From assembly GCA_965205015.1 (NCBI GenBank), contig OZ242029.1, positions 4,672,001 through 4,736,000 of the forward strand: a stretch of DNA of 64,000 bases, read 5' to 3'. This DNA is from Candidatus Poribacteria bacterium (GTDB taxonomy: Bacteria > Poribacteria > WGA-4E > WGA-3G). A program made the position numbers and the translations under genes. The notes below the pieces were generated by a model. That model was not told the origin of the DNA. It ran no database searches and saw only the letters and a program-made list of their open reading frames with translations. This document shows, piece after piece, positions 31,255-41,252 of this stretch. Numbering within the stretch: position 1 is the first letter of the stretch; the number at the start of each line of letters is the position of its first letter.

Positions 31255-32424
31255 ATGATTACGATCGCAGAACGGTTACAGAAACTTCCACCCTATCTTT
31301 TTGTAGACTTACGTCAAAAAATGCAGGCAGCACAAGCACGAGGTGTCGATGTGATTAGCCTCGGCATCGGTGATCCAGATATCCCAACACCCGATCCAGT
31401 CGTTGAGACCTTGTGCAGTACTATTCAAAACCCTGAAGACTCAGACAGGCACCGTTACGGGTGTGATAACCCTGTGGACGACTTTCCACAGGCAGTCCTC
31501 GACTTTTACCAGCATCGTTACGGGGTCACCCTATCCGATGATGAGGTAGTGACAACGCTGGGTAGTAAAGACGCAATTGTCAAAATGGCACTCGGTATAC
31601 TCAATCCCGGCGATATTGGCATAGCGGCGAGTCCAGGCTACCCTACCTACAACATCGGACATGTGTTTGCCAGTGCAACGACCTACTATGCGCCGCTTCT
31701 GCGAGAAAACGATTTCTATGTCGACTTTGACGCCATCCCTGATGAAGTGAAACGCCTTGCCAAAGTCCTCTGGATTAACTATCCAAACAATCCAACAACA
31801 GCCACTGCCGACCTCGATTTTTTCGAGCGTGCCGTGGAGTTTGGTAGACAAAATAACATCCTCATCGCCCACGACAACGCCTATAGTGAGAACACCTACG
31901 ACGGTTACCGCTCCCCCAGCATATTACAGGTGGAAGGTGCTGCTGAAGTCGCCGTTGAGTTTTTCTCATTAAGCAAAGCCTTCAATATGACAGGATGGCG
32001 ATTGGGATTTGTCGTTGGCAATCCAACCGCTGTTGGCGCAGTCAAAGCAGTGAAAGACAATATCGATAACGGTTCACTCCGATCGCTTCAATTCGCTGGA
32101 GCAAAAGCCCTCTCAATAGCAGACGAGGTTACACCCGCAATAAACGCAGTTTATCAAAAACGCAGAGATATGGTAGTGGATGCTCTCACAGATAGCGGAT
32201 GGTCGATCGAGAAACCGAAAGCAACAATGTACGTTTGGGCACCGGTTCCTGAGCGTTTCAACGGTTCGAGTCGTGCCTTTGCAACGGCGCTGCTTGAGGA
32301 GGCAGGTGTTGTGGTAACACCCGGTCTCGGATATGGACAGTGGAGCGAAGGCTACTTCAGAATCTCGCTTACGTATCCAGACGCAGTGATTGCGGAAGCA
32401 ATTTCTCGGATTCGTGGTTTTTAA
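31255..32424 (+). CDS. dapL: LL-diaminopimelate aminotransferase-like (class I/II)
   Basis: LGIGDPD, NYPNNPT, DNAYSE and SLSKAFNMTGWRLG motifs; near the dapB pair. Confidence 0.75.
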   Translation: MITIAERLQKLPPYLFVDLRQKMQAAQARGVDVISLGIGDPDIPTPDPVVETLCSTIQNPEDSDRHRYGCDNPVDDFPQAVLDFYQHRYGVTLSDDEVVTTLGSKDAIVKMALGILNPGDIGIAASPGYPTYNIGHVFASATTYYAPLLRENDFYVDFDAIPDEVKRLAKVLWINYPNNPTTATADLDFFERAVEFGRQNNILIAHDNAYSENTYDGYRSPSILQVEGAAEVAVEFFSLSKAFNMTGWRLGFVVGNPTAVGAVKAVKDNIDNGSLRSLQFAGAKALSIADEVTPAINAVYQKRRDMVVDALTDSGWSIEKPKATMYVWAPVPERFNGSSRAFATALLEEAGVVVTPGLGYGQWSEGYFRISLTYPDAVIAEAISRIRGF

Positions 32425-35400
32425 ATGGTTATTATGAAAAACGCCATTTTAATCTTTAGCATTATCTTTTTTTCGCTCCTTGTCTGTATTGAGACGGAGT
32501 CTGAACAAATCCTTACCTACACTGTTGCCGATGGCTTGATAGGTCCCGTTGTCCCCGTTATTTTTCAGGACAGTCGGGGGAATCTGTGGTTCGGTTCCGA
32601 TCGGGGTGGGGTGAGTCAATTTGATGGGACCCGGTTTGAATCCTACATTGGATCTCCGGACACTTCTGAGCACGCGCCCACATCCAATGTGGGGCCCGGT
32701 GCTCTCCTCGGACAGACGCGACAAATCGTTGAAGATAAATGGGGACATATTTGGTTCCTCACTCAGTTCCCTTCCGAAAATTCAGGGAAGGTCAGTCGGT
32801 TTGATGGGTCTTCGATTGATCTTATCGGCACAGGTAATTCGCTACTCGCTGACAAGCATGGTGATATATGGGTCGGTGAGAATCAGCAACTCACGAAGTA
32901 CACCACTCCCGGCGTCCAACGGCTGCCCCAAGCACATCCAAACGAAATTATAGGTGAAGGTCTGCTCCGCTCAACGGATTTCACAATAAACGTTATCTTC
33001 GAAAGCGAAGACGGAACGATTTGGATCGGTGGGAGCGAAGGTGAAGAACAGCAGGGTGTCATACTCAGTTTCCGAGAGAATCGCTGGGTCCAGGATCCCT
33101 TAAGAGTCGAGGAGAGTGATGCCCCACGCGAGAAAACGGACGATGGAACACAGCGGATTCATCCAAATATTGGATTTACACGTTATGACTTATCAACTCT
33201 TAACGCTGTGAATGGCATCGAAGCCATCGGTGAAGATATCTCTGGAAACCTCTGGTTCGGTGGCTACAATCTTCTCTTACGTTTTGATGGAAAAGTGTTT
33301 GAGCCAATACTGCCTTTAACCCGGGGACACAGTGGATCCATAGGTAGCAGGCCCGCATCAATACAGAGGCTGGCATCAATCCGGAATGATACGCAAAATC
33401 GAGTCTGGTTCAGCGATGGACGCACTACAAGATGGTGGGACGGCTCCCAGCACGGAAACCTCCCCGGGTTTCTTGAACTTGAGGATGCCTGGGGACATCT
33501 ATGGTTTACCGACGCGATCGGCGCGCATGAGTATGATACCGACCTCACGCAAATGCCTGATCGTATCAATAGTGGACTCGGCATTGAGGGAATTCATACG
33601 ATTTATGAAGCCATAGACGGTAAACTGTGGTTTGGCCACGATAATGGGGTCACAGCCTTCGATCCAACACCTGCCATCAGCACACACGCGGGACTCGGCA
33701 CCAATAGGGTACGGATGATATTTGAGGACAGTCGAGGTTACCTCTGGCTGAGTGTGCCAGGAGGTGTTGCCCGTTATGATGCAGAATCCGAAGAGCTGAC
33801 GACACATATTTTCAGAGTCAGTTCAGTTCGCAATGATCCATCGTCCGGTTCCCAAATTGACGCCAGAACTATAGAACGCGTCCGGCCCTCTCGAACTGAA
33901 ATCGAAAAAATATTTGAAGTTGGGGGGCACGTCTGGTTTATTGACGAACCAGGGATAACCAGCAATTCCACGCGATTACGATATACATTCTTTCGGTACG
34001 CAAATGGAAAGTTCAGTCAAGTCTCTATTCCCATCCAAACCATAATTGGTCCTGGCGGGGAACGGTCAGATAGCGACACGAACGTTCTCATTCGCGAAGG
34101 AGAATATACATGGATGGCTTTTGGCGGACACATCTTCAAAGCGGACGCAGCAGGGTTATTACGGCTTACAAACACCGGCTTTCAGAGGATACTTTTTCAA
34201 GAAATCGGTCCGAGTACTATCCCGACTCCAATAGCTCCAATAGAGTTCGGGACAGCCCCCGTTACTGACTTGTACAGAGATCCAAACGACAGATTATGGG
34301 TGCATTTCGATAATGGAAAGGTCCTGCGCTATCCGAAAGAAATTAACACCACAATAACTCGCCTGAGTCAACCTGAAATCTTGCCTCTTAAAGCGACACA
34401 GTTATTAAAAACCGCATCAGGCAGCAAATGGTTCTTTAACGCGGTAACTGGAAAATTGACACTTTGGAGTGACACTGAACTCGGTAGCCCGCTTTCGCTT
34501 GACGGGGAGTCCAGTTCTGCCCCGATCGCTGTTTGGAAAGATGCGAGCCAGCAAAATAACCGAGTAACTTTCCTCTTCTCAGATGCTCTTAAGACATATC
34601 ACGGCACATCACTCATTTCTCTTGAGGACATTGAAATCGCTGAAGTACAAGACTCTTTGACCACCCAAGAAGGCGTCCTCTGGTTAGCAACATCTCGCGG
34701 GGCAGTCCACTATGACGGAAAAAGAGCCAGAATCTACACAACAAAAGAGGAGGGATTTCTCGTTGACAATGTGAAAGATGTCATGGAAGATAGCCGTGGA
34801 AATATATGGTTCGCGACCTGGGGCGGCGGTACTGTCCGATATGACGGTGAAACCTTTTATAACCTCACCACAAAAGATGGTCTCACCCATAACAATATCT
34901 CGAGAATTCATGAATCTGCTAATAAAGATATTTGGTTTACAACCGAAGGCGGCGTCACACAATATACACCCACACGCGGTGGGTTGCCAGAATGTCGACT
35001 GACCTCCCTTGAATCTGATAAAATTTACACCGATCTTTCCTCCAGTTTAACGCTACCGTCGCGTGGAACGAAGATATTAAATATCCAAGGTATCAGTCCA
35101 CTCCGAGAAGGGCTTTCCTATCGCTTTAAATTAATTGGGCTGGACACCCCCACATGGATGAATGTTTCGGCAGAAGAGTTCTCGCTTCTGGCAACAGGTT
35201 CCGCGGGACCCTCCGACGAATGGACCCCTCATACTGCCTCCGTATCGACAACGCAACATCCCATGCGCGACAGTGGCGTTGTCCAAGAGCTCCAAAATCG
35301 AAACGGGATTCTGCGTATCCAATATACAGGGCTTAAAGCGGGCAATTACAGCTTCCTCGTCACGGCATTCCGTAAAGACTGGCCCTATACACACACACCG

Positions 35401-36300
35401 GCAGTGGTGGATTTTAGCATATCACCACCGCTCTGGACGCGTTGGCGAACATATCTTCCGACACTCATCTTTATGACCGTCGTTCTAACCCTCATTGGTC
35501 GGCTGGTCGTAAATCGCCGCCACACCTTACAACTGCGGAATGAAGTGCGTCAAAGGGAAGAAGCGGAGATGCAGCGTATCCGTGCCGAACTGAGTGAAGC
35601 GCAAAATATTCAGATGGGACTCCTGCCTACGGAAGCCCCTGACACGAAGGGGTTTGATGTCGCAGGAATGTCGGTCCCTGCTACACAAGTCGGTGGCGAC
35701 TTCTACGATTACCTTACCGTAGCGAACGGACAGACCGCCATCGCGGTCGCAGACGCCGCCGGAAAGGGGTTAAGAGGCGCAATGAACGCCGTGCTAACGA
35801 ATGGAATGCTATATGAAGTCTCGCGTTTTAAGTCCGAAGCGGACATCATCCTTACCGACCTCAATTCAGGGTTAGCACCCCGCATGTACGGACCGAGTTT
35901 CATCGCTCTCAATCTCGCTGTCCTTGATGAAAATGAGAAACGGGTTAACTATGCGAATGGTGGACAACCCTATCCTGTTCTTAAGCGGGGGGCAGAGATC
36001 ATTGAAATTGAGAATAGCGATCTTCCACTTGGCAGTATGAAAAAGGTAGAATATGAGTCGGTTACCTTCGATTTAAATGAGGGGGACATCCTAATTTTTC
36101 ATAGCGATGGACTTATTGAGGCACTCAATACAGACGAGGAAATGTATGGAACGGAACGTTTAAAGGAATCAGTTTCAAAAATTCCGGATAGTTTCACAGC
36201 AACAGAAGTCATTGAAAGTCTCGTTGAAGATGTTCGCAACTTCGTCGGCGAAGCGGAGCAATACGACGATATGACGATCGTTGTTATCAAAATCCCTTAA
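32425..36300 (+). CDS. Membrane sensor: two-component-regulator propeller, Y_Y_Y-like domain, TM helix and SpoIIE/PP2C phosphatase
   Basis: Repeats DSRGNLWF, a TM helix near residue 1015, then VGGDFYD, VADAAGKG, SDGLIEA and DDMT. Confidence 0.88.
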   Translation: MVIMKNAILIFSIIFFSLLVCIETESEQILTYTVADGLIGPVVPVIFQDSRGNLWFGSDRGGVSQFDGTRFESYIGSPDTSEHAPTSNVGPGALLGQTRQIVEDKWGHIWFLTQFPSENSGKVSRFDGSSIDLIGTGNSLLADKHGDIWVGENQQLTKYTTPGVQRLPQAHPNEIIGEGLLRSTDFTINVIFESEDGTIWIGGSEGEEQQGVILSFRENRWVQDPLRVEESDAPREKTDDGTQRIHPNIGFTRYDLSTLNAVNGIEAIGEDISGNLWFGGYNLLLRFDGKVFEPILPLTRGHSGSIGSRPASIQRLASIRNDTQNRVWFSDGRTTRWWDGSQHGNLPGFLELEDAWGHLWFTDAIGAHEYDTDLTQMPDRINSGLGIEGIHTIYEAIDGKLWFGHDNGVTAFDPTPAISTHAGLGTNRVRMIFEDSRGYLWLSVPGGVARYDAESEELTTHIFRVSSVRNDPSSGSQIDARTIERVRPSRTEIEKIFEVGGHVWFIDEPGITSNSTRLRYTFFRYANGKFSQVSIPIQTIIGPGGERSDSDTNVLIREGEYTWMAFGGHIFKADAAGLLRLTNTGFQRILFQEIGPSTIPTPIAPIEFGTAPVTDLYRDPNDRLWVHFDNGKVLRYPKEINTTITRLSQPEILPLKATQLLKTASGSKWFFNAVTGKLTLWSDTELGSPLSLDGESSSAPIAVWKDASQQNNRVTFLFSDALKTYHGTSLISLEDIEIAEVQDSLTTQEGVLWLATSRGAVHYDGKRARIYTTKEEGFLVDNVKDVMEDSRGNIWFATWGGGTVRYDGETFYNLTTKDGLTHNNISRIHESANKDIWFTTEGGVTQYTPTRGGLPECRLTSLESDKIYTDLSSSLTLPSRGTKILNIQGISPLREGLSYRFKLIGLDTPTWMNVSAEEFSLLATGSAGPSDEWTPHTASVSTTQHPMRDSGVVQELQNRNGILRIQYTGLKAGNYSFLVTAFRKDWPYTHTPAVVDFSISPPLWTRWRTYLPTLIFMTVVLTLIGRLVVNRRHTLQLRNEVRQREEAEMQRIRAELSEAQNIQMGLLPTEAPDTKGFDVAGMSVPATQVGGDFYDYLTVANGQTAIAVADAAGKGLRGAMNAVLTNGMLYEVSRFKSEADIILTDLNSGLAPRMYGPSFIALNLAVLDENEKRVNYANGGQPYPVLKRGAEIIEIENSDLPLGSMKKVEYESVTFDLNEGDILIFHSDGLIEALNTDEEMYGTERLKESVSKIPDSFTATEVIESLVEDVRNFVGEAEQYDDMTIVVIKIP

Positions 36301-36380
36301 TAGTTGTCAGTTATCGGTTATCAGTCTTCAGTTAAAGAGGGAACTGAAAGTCTGCGTAGCATGCAAACTGACAAGCATTC

Positions 36381-38300
36381 CTAAGCCCCCATGAACTCAA
36401 TAACTGTTTGCCGATACTCTTCAGGGAGCCCAATGTCAAACCGTCGTCCTTTGACGATATATCCAGAAAATCCGTCCGCCTTTCGTAATTCGTCTAAACA
36501 GGATGTCAGTTGAAATTCGCCGCGCTCCCGGAGATTATGGGTGATATTTCGTTCCAGAAACTCGAAAATCTGAGGTTGTAGCACATAAATACCGAACACC
36601 GTCAAGAACTGGTCCATATCCATCCCATCTACGTGCAAATGTTCCATGGCATACTCAGGATCGGGTTTCTCATAAATCTCCGTTAGCGAAAGTAGGGAAT
36701 TTTCCTCTCTCCATGTGCCAGTGACACAACCGAAGTTCGACAACTGCTCGATCGGTGTCACTTTCAGCCCGACGACGCTATGCCCTACCTGCTCATAAGC
36801 CTCTACGACCTGTCGTGCACAACATCTCTCCTCATCCGAACCGTAGAGATGGTCTCCGAGCATGAGCAGAAACGGCTCGTTCGCGACCCATTCTTTTGCA
36901 CAATAGACGGCATGCCCGAACCCCTCTTGAACGTCCTGTGTGACGAACGTCACTCGACTCCCTAATTCCAGCAGTGCGTCGCAATACGCCTGGTTCTCCT
37001 TGCTGAGCTTATTATAGTGTTCAATCCGCGGGGGTGTCTTGAAAAATGATTCAAAAAGCTCGGTATCTCCGGGTTGGACGACAAGACAGATCTCCTCAAT
37101 GCCAGCGTTGATCGCTTCCTCAACGATTGCCATGATTGCTGGTTTGGCACGTCCAGACTTATCAATCACAGGAAAGAGTTCCTTCTTCATCGCCTTTGAG
37201 GCTGGAAAGAGTCGCGTTCCGAAGCCAGCGGCAGGAATAACGGCTTTTCGGACATGTCTCCCCGCCTCAATAACCAGTTTCAGGCACGACATCTGCAAAT
37301 CCCGTTCGATAATCTCAATGACCCGCTGTTGACTCTCCTCATCTTTTACAATGAATTGTGCCGAACCGTCGCCCTGCGAACCGACACCTTTACCACCCCA
37401 GATATACGGTTGAATCGGTTCATAATTGAGGACTTTATGGAGAACAGGCGCCGTCAATTGTGATGGACATGCGGGTATCAAGTGTTTATCGAATTCCGTT
37501 TGTGCGCGCGTCATGAGTTTACCGACTGCCTCTGCATCGCCATCGCGAAGGGCTTGGTACGCCTGCTGCGTAATTTCTGCGCTCAACGGACCGAGATAGT
37601 GTTGCACATTCTTTTCTAATTCATTTTCTGCAAATGGATAACAGTGATTTAATTGGCTCAATATCAGACGTGTATCTTTACTGGCACCGAGATCGACGAT
37701 TACCAGGTACATGTCGTGAGGCACACTGAAGTCTTTTACATCAATATGATCCCCATCAAACGTCATGAGAATAGGGCGTTGGTATGCACACCCTTGGTCC
37801 ATCCGTCCACAACGTGAAGGCGTTGTGGTCTCTCCTCGGTACGCATACTCCATTTCCCCGCGCGTTGTTAATTTCAGATCATAGGTACGATTGAAGGCGC
37901 GCGCCACCAGAACACTGATAGCCGCACTCGAAGACAACCCTTTTCTCACCGGTAAATCAGTGAGATAGTTGTCGATTTCCAATCCTTGCACGCGGTAGTT
38001 CGTTAGAATCTCATAGGCGACCCCAGCCGCATAACTAAAAAACTCACCTTTTTCAGCCTCAGCGAGAAGCGCACTTCGCTCCATGGGTAGGCTATAGGGA
38101 CCGTGGCGGGTACCATCGCTGAGGGTCGTTTTTAAAATCAGACGGTTCGGATGCGGTTTAACCTCGGCGTATACACCTTGGTTTGTGCTGGTTATTAACG
38201 TATAGCCCCTTTCGAGCTCCGCGTTACTTCGCCGGTGCCCGCCTGCCCAATCGCTGTGTTCGCCGAATAGGCAAATCCTTCCCGGCACAAAAAGTTTCAT
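36381..38300 (-). CDS. Fused GHMP-family sugar kinase and GalU-like nucleotidyltransferase
   Basis: N-terminal PGRICLFGEHSD, PVRKGLSSSAA and CGRMDQ; C-terminal KAVIPAAGFGTRLFP, GFGHAV, LGDH, EKP and GEFQLT. Confidence 0.88.
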   Translation of the reverse strand: MKLFVPGRICLFGEHSDWAGGHRRSNAELERGYTLITSTNQGVYAEVKPHPNRLILKTTLSDGTRHGPYSLPMERSALLAEAEKGEFFSYAAGVAYEILTNYRVQGLEIDNYLTDLPVRKGLSSSAAISVLVARAFNRTYDLKLTTRGEMEYAYRGETTTPSRCGRMDQGCAYQRPILMTFDGDHIDVKDFSVPHDMYLVIVDLGASKDTRLILSQLNHCYPFAENELEKNVQHYLGPLSAEITQQAYQALRDGDAEAVGKLMTRAQTEFDKHLIPACPSQLTAPVLHKVLNYEPIQPYIWGGKGVGSQGDGSAQFIVKDEESQQRVIEIIERDLQMSCLKLVIEAGRHVRKAVIPAAGFGTRLFPASKAMKKELFPVIDKSGRAKPAIMAIVEEAINAGIEEICLVVQPGDTELFESFFKTPPRIEHYNKLSKENQAYCDALLELGSRVTFVTQDVQEGFGHAVYCAKEWVANEPFLLMLGDHLYGSDEERCCARQVVEAYEQVGHSVVGLKVTPIEQLSNFGCVTGTWREENSLLSLTEIYEKPDPEYAMEHLHVDGMDMDQFLTVFGIYVLQPQIFEFLERNITHNLRERGEFQLTSCLDELRKADGFSGYIVKGRRFDIGLPEEYRQTVIEFMGA

Positions 38301-38450
38301 CTTTTTAACTGTGGCCTCCTATTAACCCTCAACTCGCGCTTTGAATTGTCATTATCATTAGTTGTATTATATTCTGAAGTTCACCAATAAGTCAACAAAG
38401 CTTCTCATCAATACACGTCGCAAGAACGGAGATAGAGACACCCATAAAGT

Positions 38451-40868
38451 TCACGGCATGCGGTTTCGTGCCCACTGACATCTCTGTTTCCACTCTTTCG
38501 CCTTTAGGGTGGTCCCGAGGGGCAGTGTTCCATCTTCTGCTATCACAGAGAACGCCGCTGTCGCATTCACATAATCTCTCTGATGATACCCATTGATGCC
38601 CATCGTCCGCCATGCATCTAACACAAGACTTTGGTGTTGTTGGGGTGTCAATTGCGCTAACGATGATGCTTCGTGGAACCCCTTATCCGAGATCCGTGCT
38701 TCCTCTTGCAAGCGTGCGACCGCCCGGCGTAAGTACTGATTACTACTTTGCCACGCGCCTTCTCTATGCAGCAATTCACCCGCTAAGAGATACGCCAACC
38801 ACATATCAGGTTCCGTTTGCATACACATCGTTAGATACGCCATTTTCTCCCCAGAATCTTTAGACTCAACTAACACCCCACGGAGTAACTCGCGCAGAGA
38901 CCTATTTTCTTGCGTTGTTCCGTTCAACTCGGTATCCCATCCCACTGGAACGCCATCGGGATAAGACAATGCTGCAATCCGTTTGATACGCCTCCGCTCA
39001 ATTGTCCCATACTCTGTTTCAATCGCCGCATAAGTATTTATCGCCTGTTCATAGTCACCTCTCAGCCAATAAATGTCGCCCTTCAATAGCATCGCCTCTG
39101 GGCTGAACCGCGTGTCTTCCTTGCCGGCAATATGGGTCGCTAAGGATATCGCTTTATCATAATCCTGCCTTCGATATGCGGTGTACATTAAGCCCCGCAG
39201 TGTGCTCAAATTGTCGGGTTCCTCGGACAGCATTGTCTCAAAAGTTTGCACAGCAGTGGCAAAGTCCTTGCGGTAATATGCCTGCCAAGCGGTATCTCGC
39301 AATGCTGCCATTTCATGGGCACAGCCCTGTTCAAAAACACTTCTGCGTTTTAAACGGTATGCTGCGTAGGCGACATCATCATCTCGCAATGGAACCGTTC
39401 CCAAAAATTCAATCCACTCCGCTTCCAAGGCAGGTAAGTCTTTCGCGTAGGACTTTACAAAATTACCGGTCGGAAAAACGCCCTTAAATTTTTCTATGCC
39501 GTAGGTATCAACAAGAAACCGAACGAAGGAGCCTGCCAACAGATAACTCCGGGAACCGGCATGTCCCCAAAACCCAATCCCCATGATCCCTGACAAGGGA
39601 GGTGCGACCTCCATCTCCCGCATTGCTTTCGCCCATTGATGTCCTGTGAGTCTGCCTTCATCCCAATCCGCGGCGACTGCGATCCCTTCGTGGAGCCCTA
39701 TTTTCAGGCTCACCTTCAACGGTGACCACGGCACAGTAAAGACATGCGCCAACTCATGCTTCAGGACGGAATGTGGAAACCCCTGGTCATGAATGTGAAA
39801 CCCGTGTCCGAACGGGTCTTCGACGGATGTGCCGCGTGCCCCAATCAACCGCTTTTTCTGTTCAGGAGAGGCATAGATATACGCGCGGACCTTTCGAGAG
39901 TGCATCGTGCTTCCAGGATTGAGATAATCAGACAATTGGGCGTACTGAAATTCGCAATCTTCAGCGATCCGTTCAATTTCCGACTCCAGTTCACGTGCAT
40001 AGAAAATTTCAAAGTGTGCCGTTTCACGTAAGCCTCCGAGTTCGCGGGCGATATCGTCGCGCGTAGGTCGTATTCCCAACGCCCCTGCATAGAACTGGAG
40101 ACCGAGTAAACCAATGACTAACAGATATAACCACACACATCTGGCCGCCAGCGGACTGAAAAGCTTACGCCACCTCAACCGCGGCATCAATCCTGTCCCT
40201 CTGCTCACTTCACATAAACTGACGGTAACACCCAAAAATAGCAGTGCCCACAATAGGGTCTCCGCCCGTGCGATCAGCAGTGTATTTGTTATCGGAATGA
40301 CGAAATCGTAAATCGGTCCTGGGAAATACCCGAATGTCGCGTGATACGCAAACACCGGTGGATGAAATATTAGATTGATAACCACCGGAATACAAGAAAC
40401 CAAAAGATGACCAAGATAGGCGAGATATGCCAACCATCGTTTTTCAATCCAGAACCCAAAAAACACGCCTGCTGCGGTTGCATACACGCAACTTATTACG
40501 GACAAAAGTAAAAAAAAGAGGAATCCCTCACCGAAGTTACAGTTTTCGACGCGAAACGCATTCAACAGAATAATACCGAGCGATACCCCCAATAAACCTG
40601 CGTTAAATATCAGTGCTTCACAAAAACACCGCATGACGACCTGCCCGGGCGTACCGGTAATGGCACTCGGATGCCGTTTCATTTGCCGCAACACTGTCAG
40701 TGTTACGTGTGCACCGACGAAAGAGATACTCAGTGCCATGACGGCGCAAAACTCAAAGGCAAGGAGGTTAAACAACGGAATACTGGCAAGCACCAATGCG
40801 AATACGCCGAATGCAATGAACCACAACCAATATGAAAATGTCCTGTGAACCGTAAGTATTATGGGCAT
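38451..40868 (-). CDS. Multi-pass membrane protein with an HExxH metallopeptidase-like domain and TPRs
   Basis: About seven TM segments, LKHELAHV...LHEGIAVA (gluzincin-like), and TPR-like C-terminal helices. Confidence 0.7.
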   Translation of the reverse strand: MPIILTVHRTFSYWLWFIAFGVFALVLASIPLFNLLAFEFCAVMALSISFVGAHVTLTVLRQMKRHPSAITGTPGQVVMRCFCEALIFNAGLLGVSLGIILLNAFRVENCNFGEGFLFFLLLSVISCVYATAAGVFFGFWIEKRWLAYLAYLGHLLVSCIPVVINLIFHPPVFAYHATFGYFPGPIYDFVIPITNTLLIARAETLLWALLFLGVTVSLCEVSRGTGLMPRLRWRKLFSPLAARCVWLYLLVIGLLGLQFYAGALGIRPTRDDIARELGGLRETAHFEIFYARELESEIERIAEDCEFQYAQLSDYLNPGSTMHSRKVRAYIYASPEQKKRLIGARGTSVEDPFGHGFHIHDQGFPHSVLKHELAHVFTVPWSPLKVSLKIGLHEGIAVAADWDEGRLTGHQWAKAMREMEVAPPLSGIMGIGFWGHAGSRSYLLAGSFVRFLVDTYGIEKFKGVFPTGNFVKSYAKDLPALEAEWIEFLGTVPLRDDDVAYAAYRLKRRSVFEQGCAHEMAALRDTAWQAYYRKDFATAVQTFETMLSEEPDNLSTLRGLMYTAYRRQDYDKAISLATHIAGKEDTRFSPEAMLLKGDIYWLRGDYEQAINTYAAIETEYGTIERRRIKRIAALSYPDGVPVGWDTELNGTTQENRSLRELLRGVLVESKDSGEKMAYLTMCMQTEPDMWLAYLLAGELLHREGAWQSSNQYLRRAVARLQEEARISDKGFHEASSLAQLTPQQHQSLVLDAWRTMGINGYHQRDYVNATAAFSVIAEDGTLPLGTTLKAKEWKQRCQWARNRMP

Positions 40869-40903
40869 CTTTTAAAAATTGACGATCGTGTTTAGTAATA
40901 TGC

Positions 40904-40950
40904 GGGCAGGCACAAGACCTGGGGAAACACCCAAGCAAAAACCCCCTACA
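40904..40950 (-). repeat. REP palindrome carrying a 21-nt insertion
   Basis: GGGCAGGCACAAGACCTG-[GGGAAACACCCAAGCAAAAAC]-CCCCTACA, compared with the intact copy at 17377. Confidence 0.75.
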
Positions 40951-40963
40951 ATGTCTTTTTTAT

Positions 40964-41019
40964 AAACCTCGCCAGCGGCGTGTGGGTCGTCGGTCTTCCA
41001 TAGAAATTGCGTAAGTCCT
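40964..41019 (-). mobile_element. Half copy of the 91-bp MITE
   Basis: AAACCTCGCCAGCGGCGTGTGGG...TGCGTAAGTCCT matches 13143-13198. Confidence 0.75.
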
Positions 41020-41107
41020 ATCTATTTTACTGAGATATCTCCACTATGTCAAGCAGAATTCCATCGACGGCTGATCACGGATCGCTGACTGCGATTACAA
41101 AATTTTC

Positions 41108-41136
41108 TTGCAGTTTTTGATAAAATGTGTTAAAAT
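41108..41136 (+). promoter_or_regulatory. Sigma70-like promoter of the pspA-like gene
   Basis: TTGCAG-17 nt-TAAAAT with an extended TG. Confidence 0.55.
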
Positions 41137-41252
41137 ACGGTAATATGGGTATCTGGACGCGGTGTAAAGCCGCCAAGGGACCCCTGCATAACTCGCAAAT
41201 CCACTATAGGAAGACCGCGCTTCTCATGCGCACGCTCAACAGGAGAAATAAC

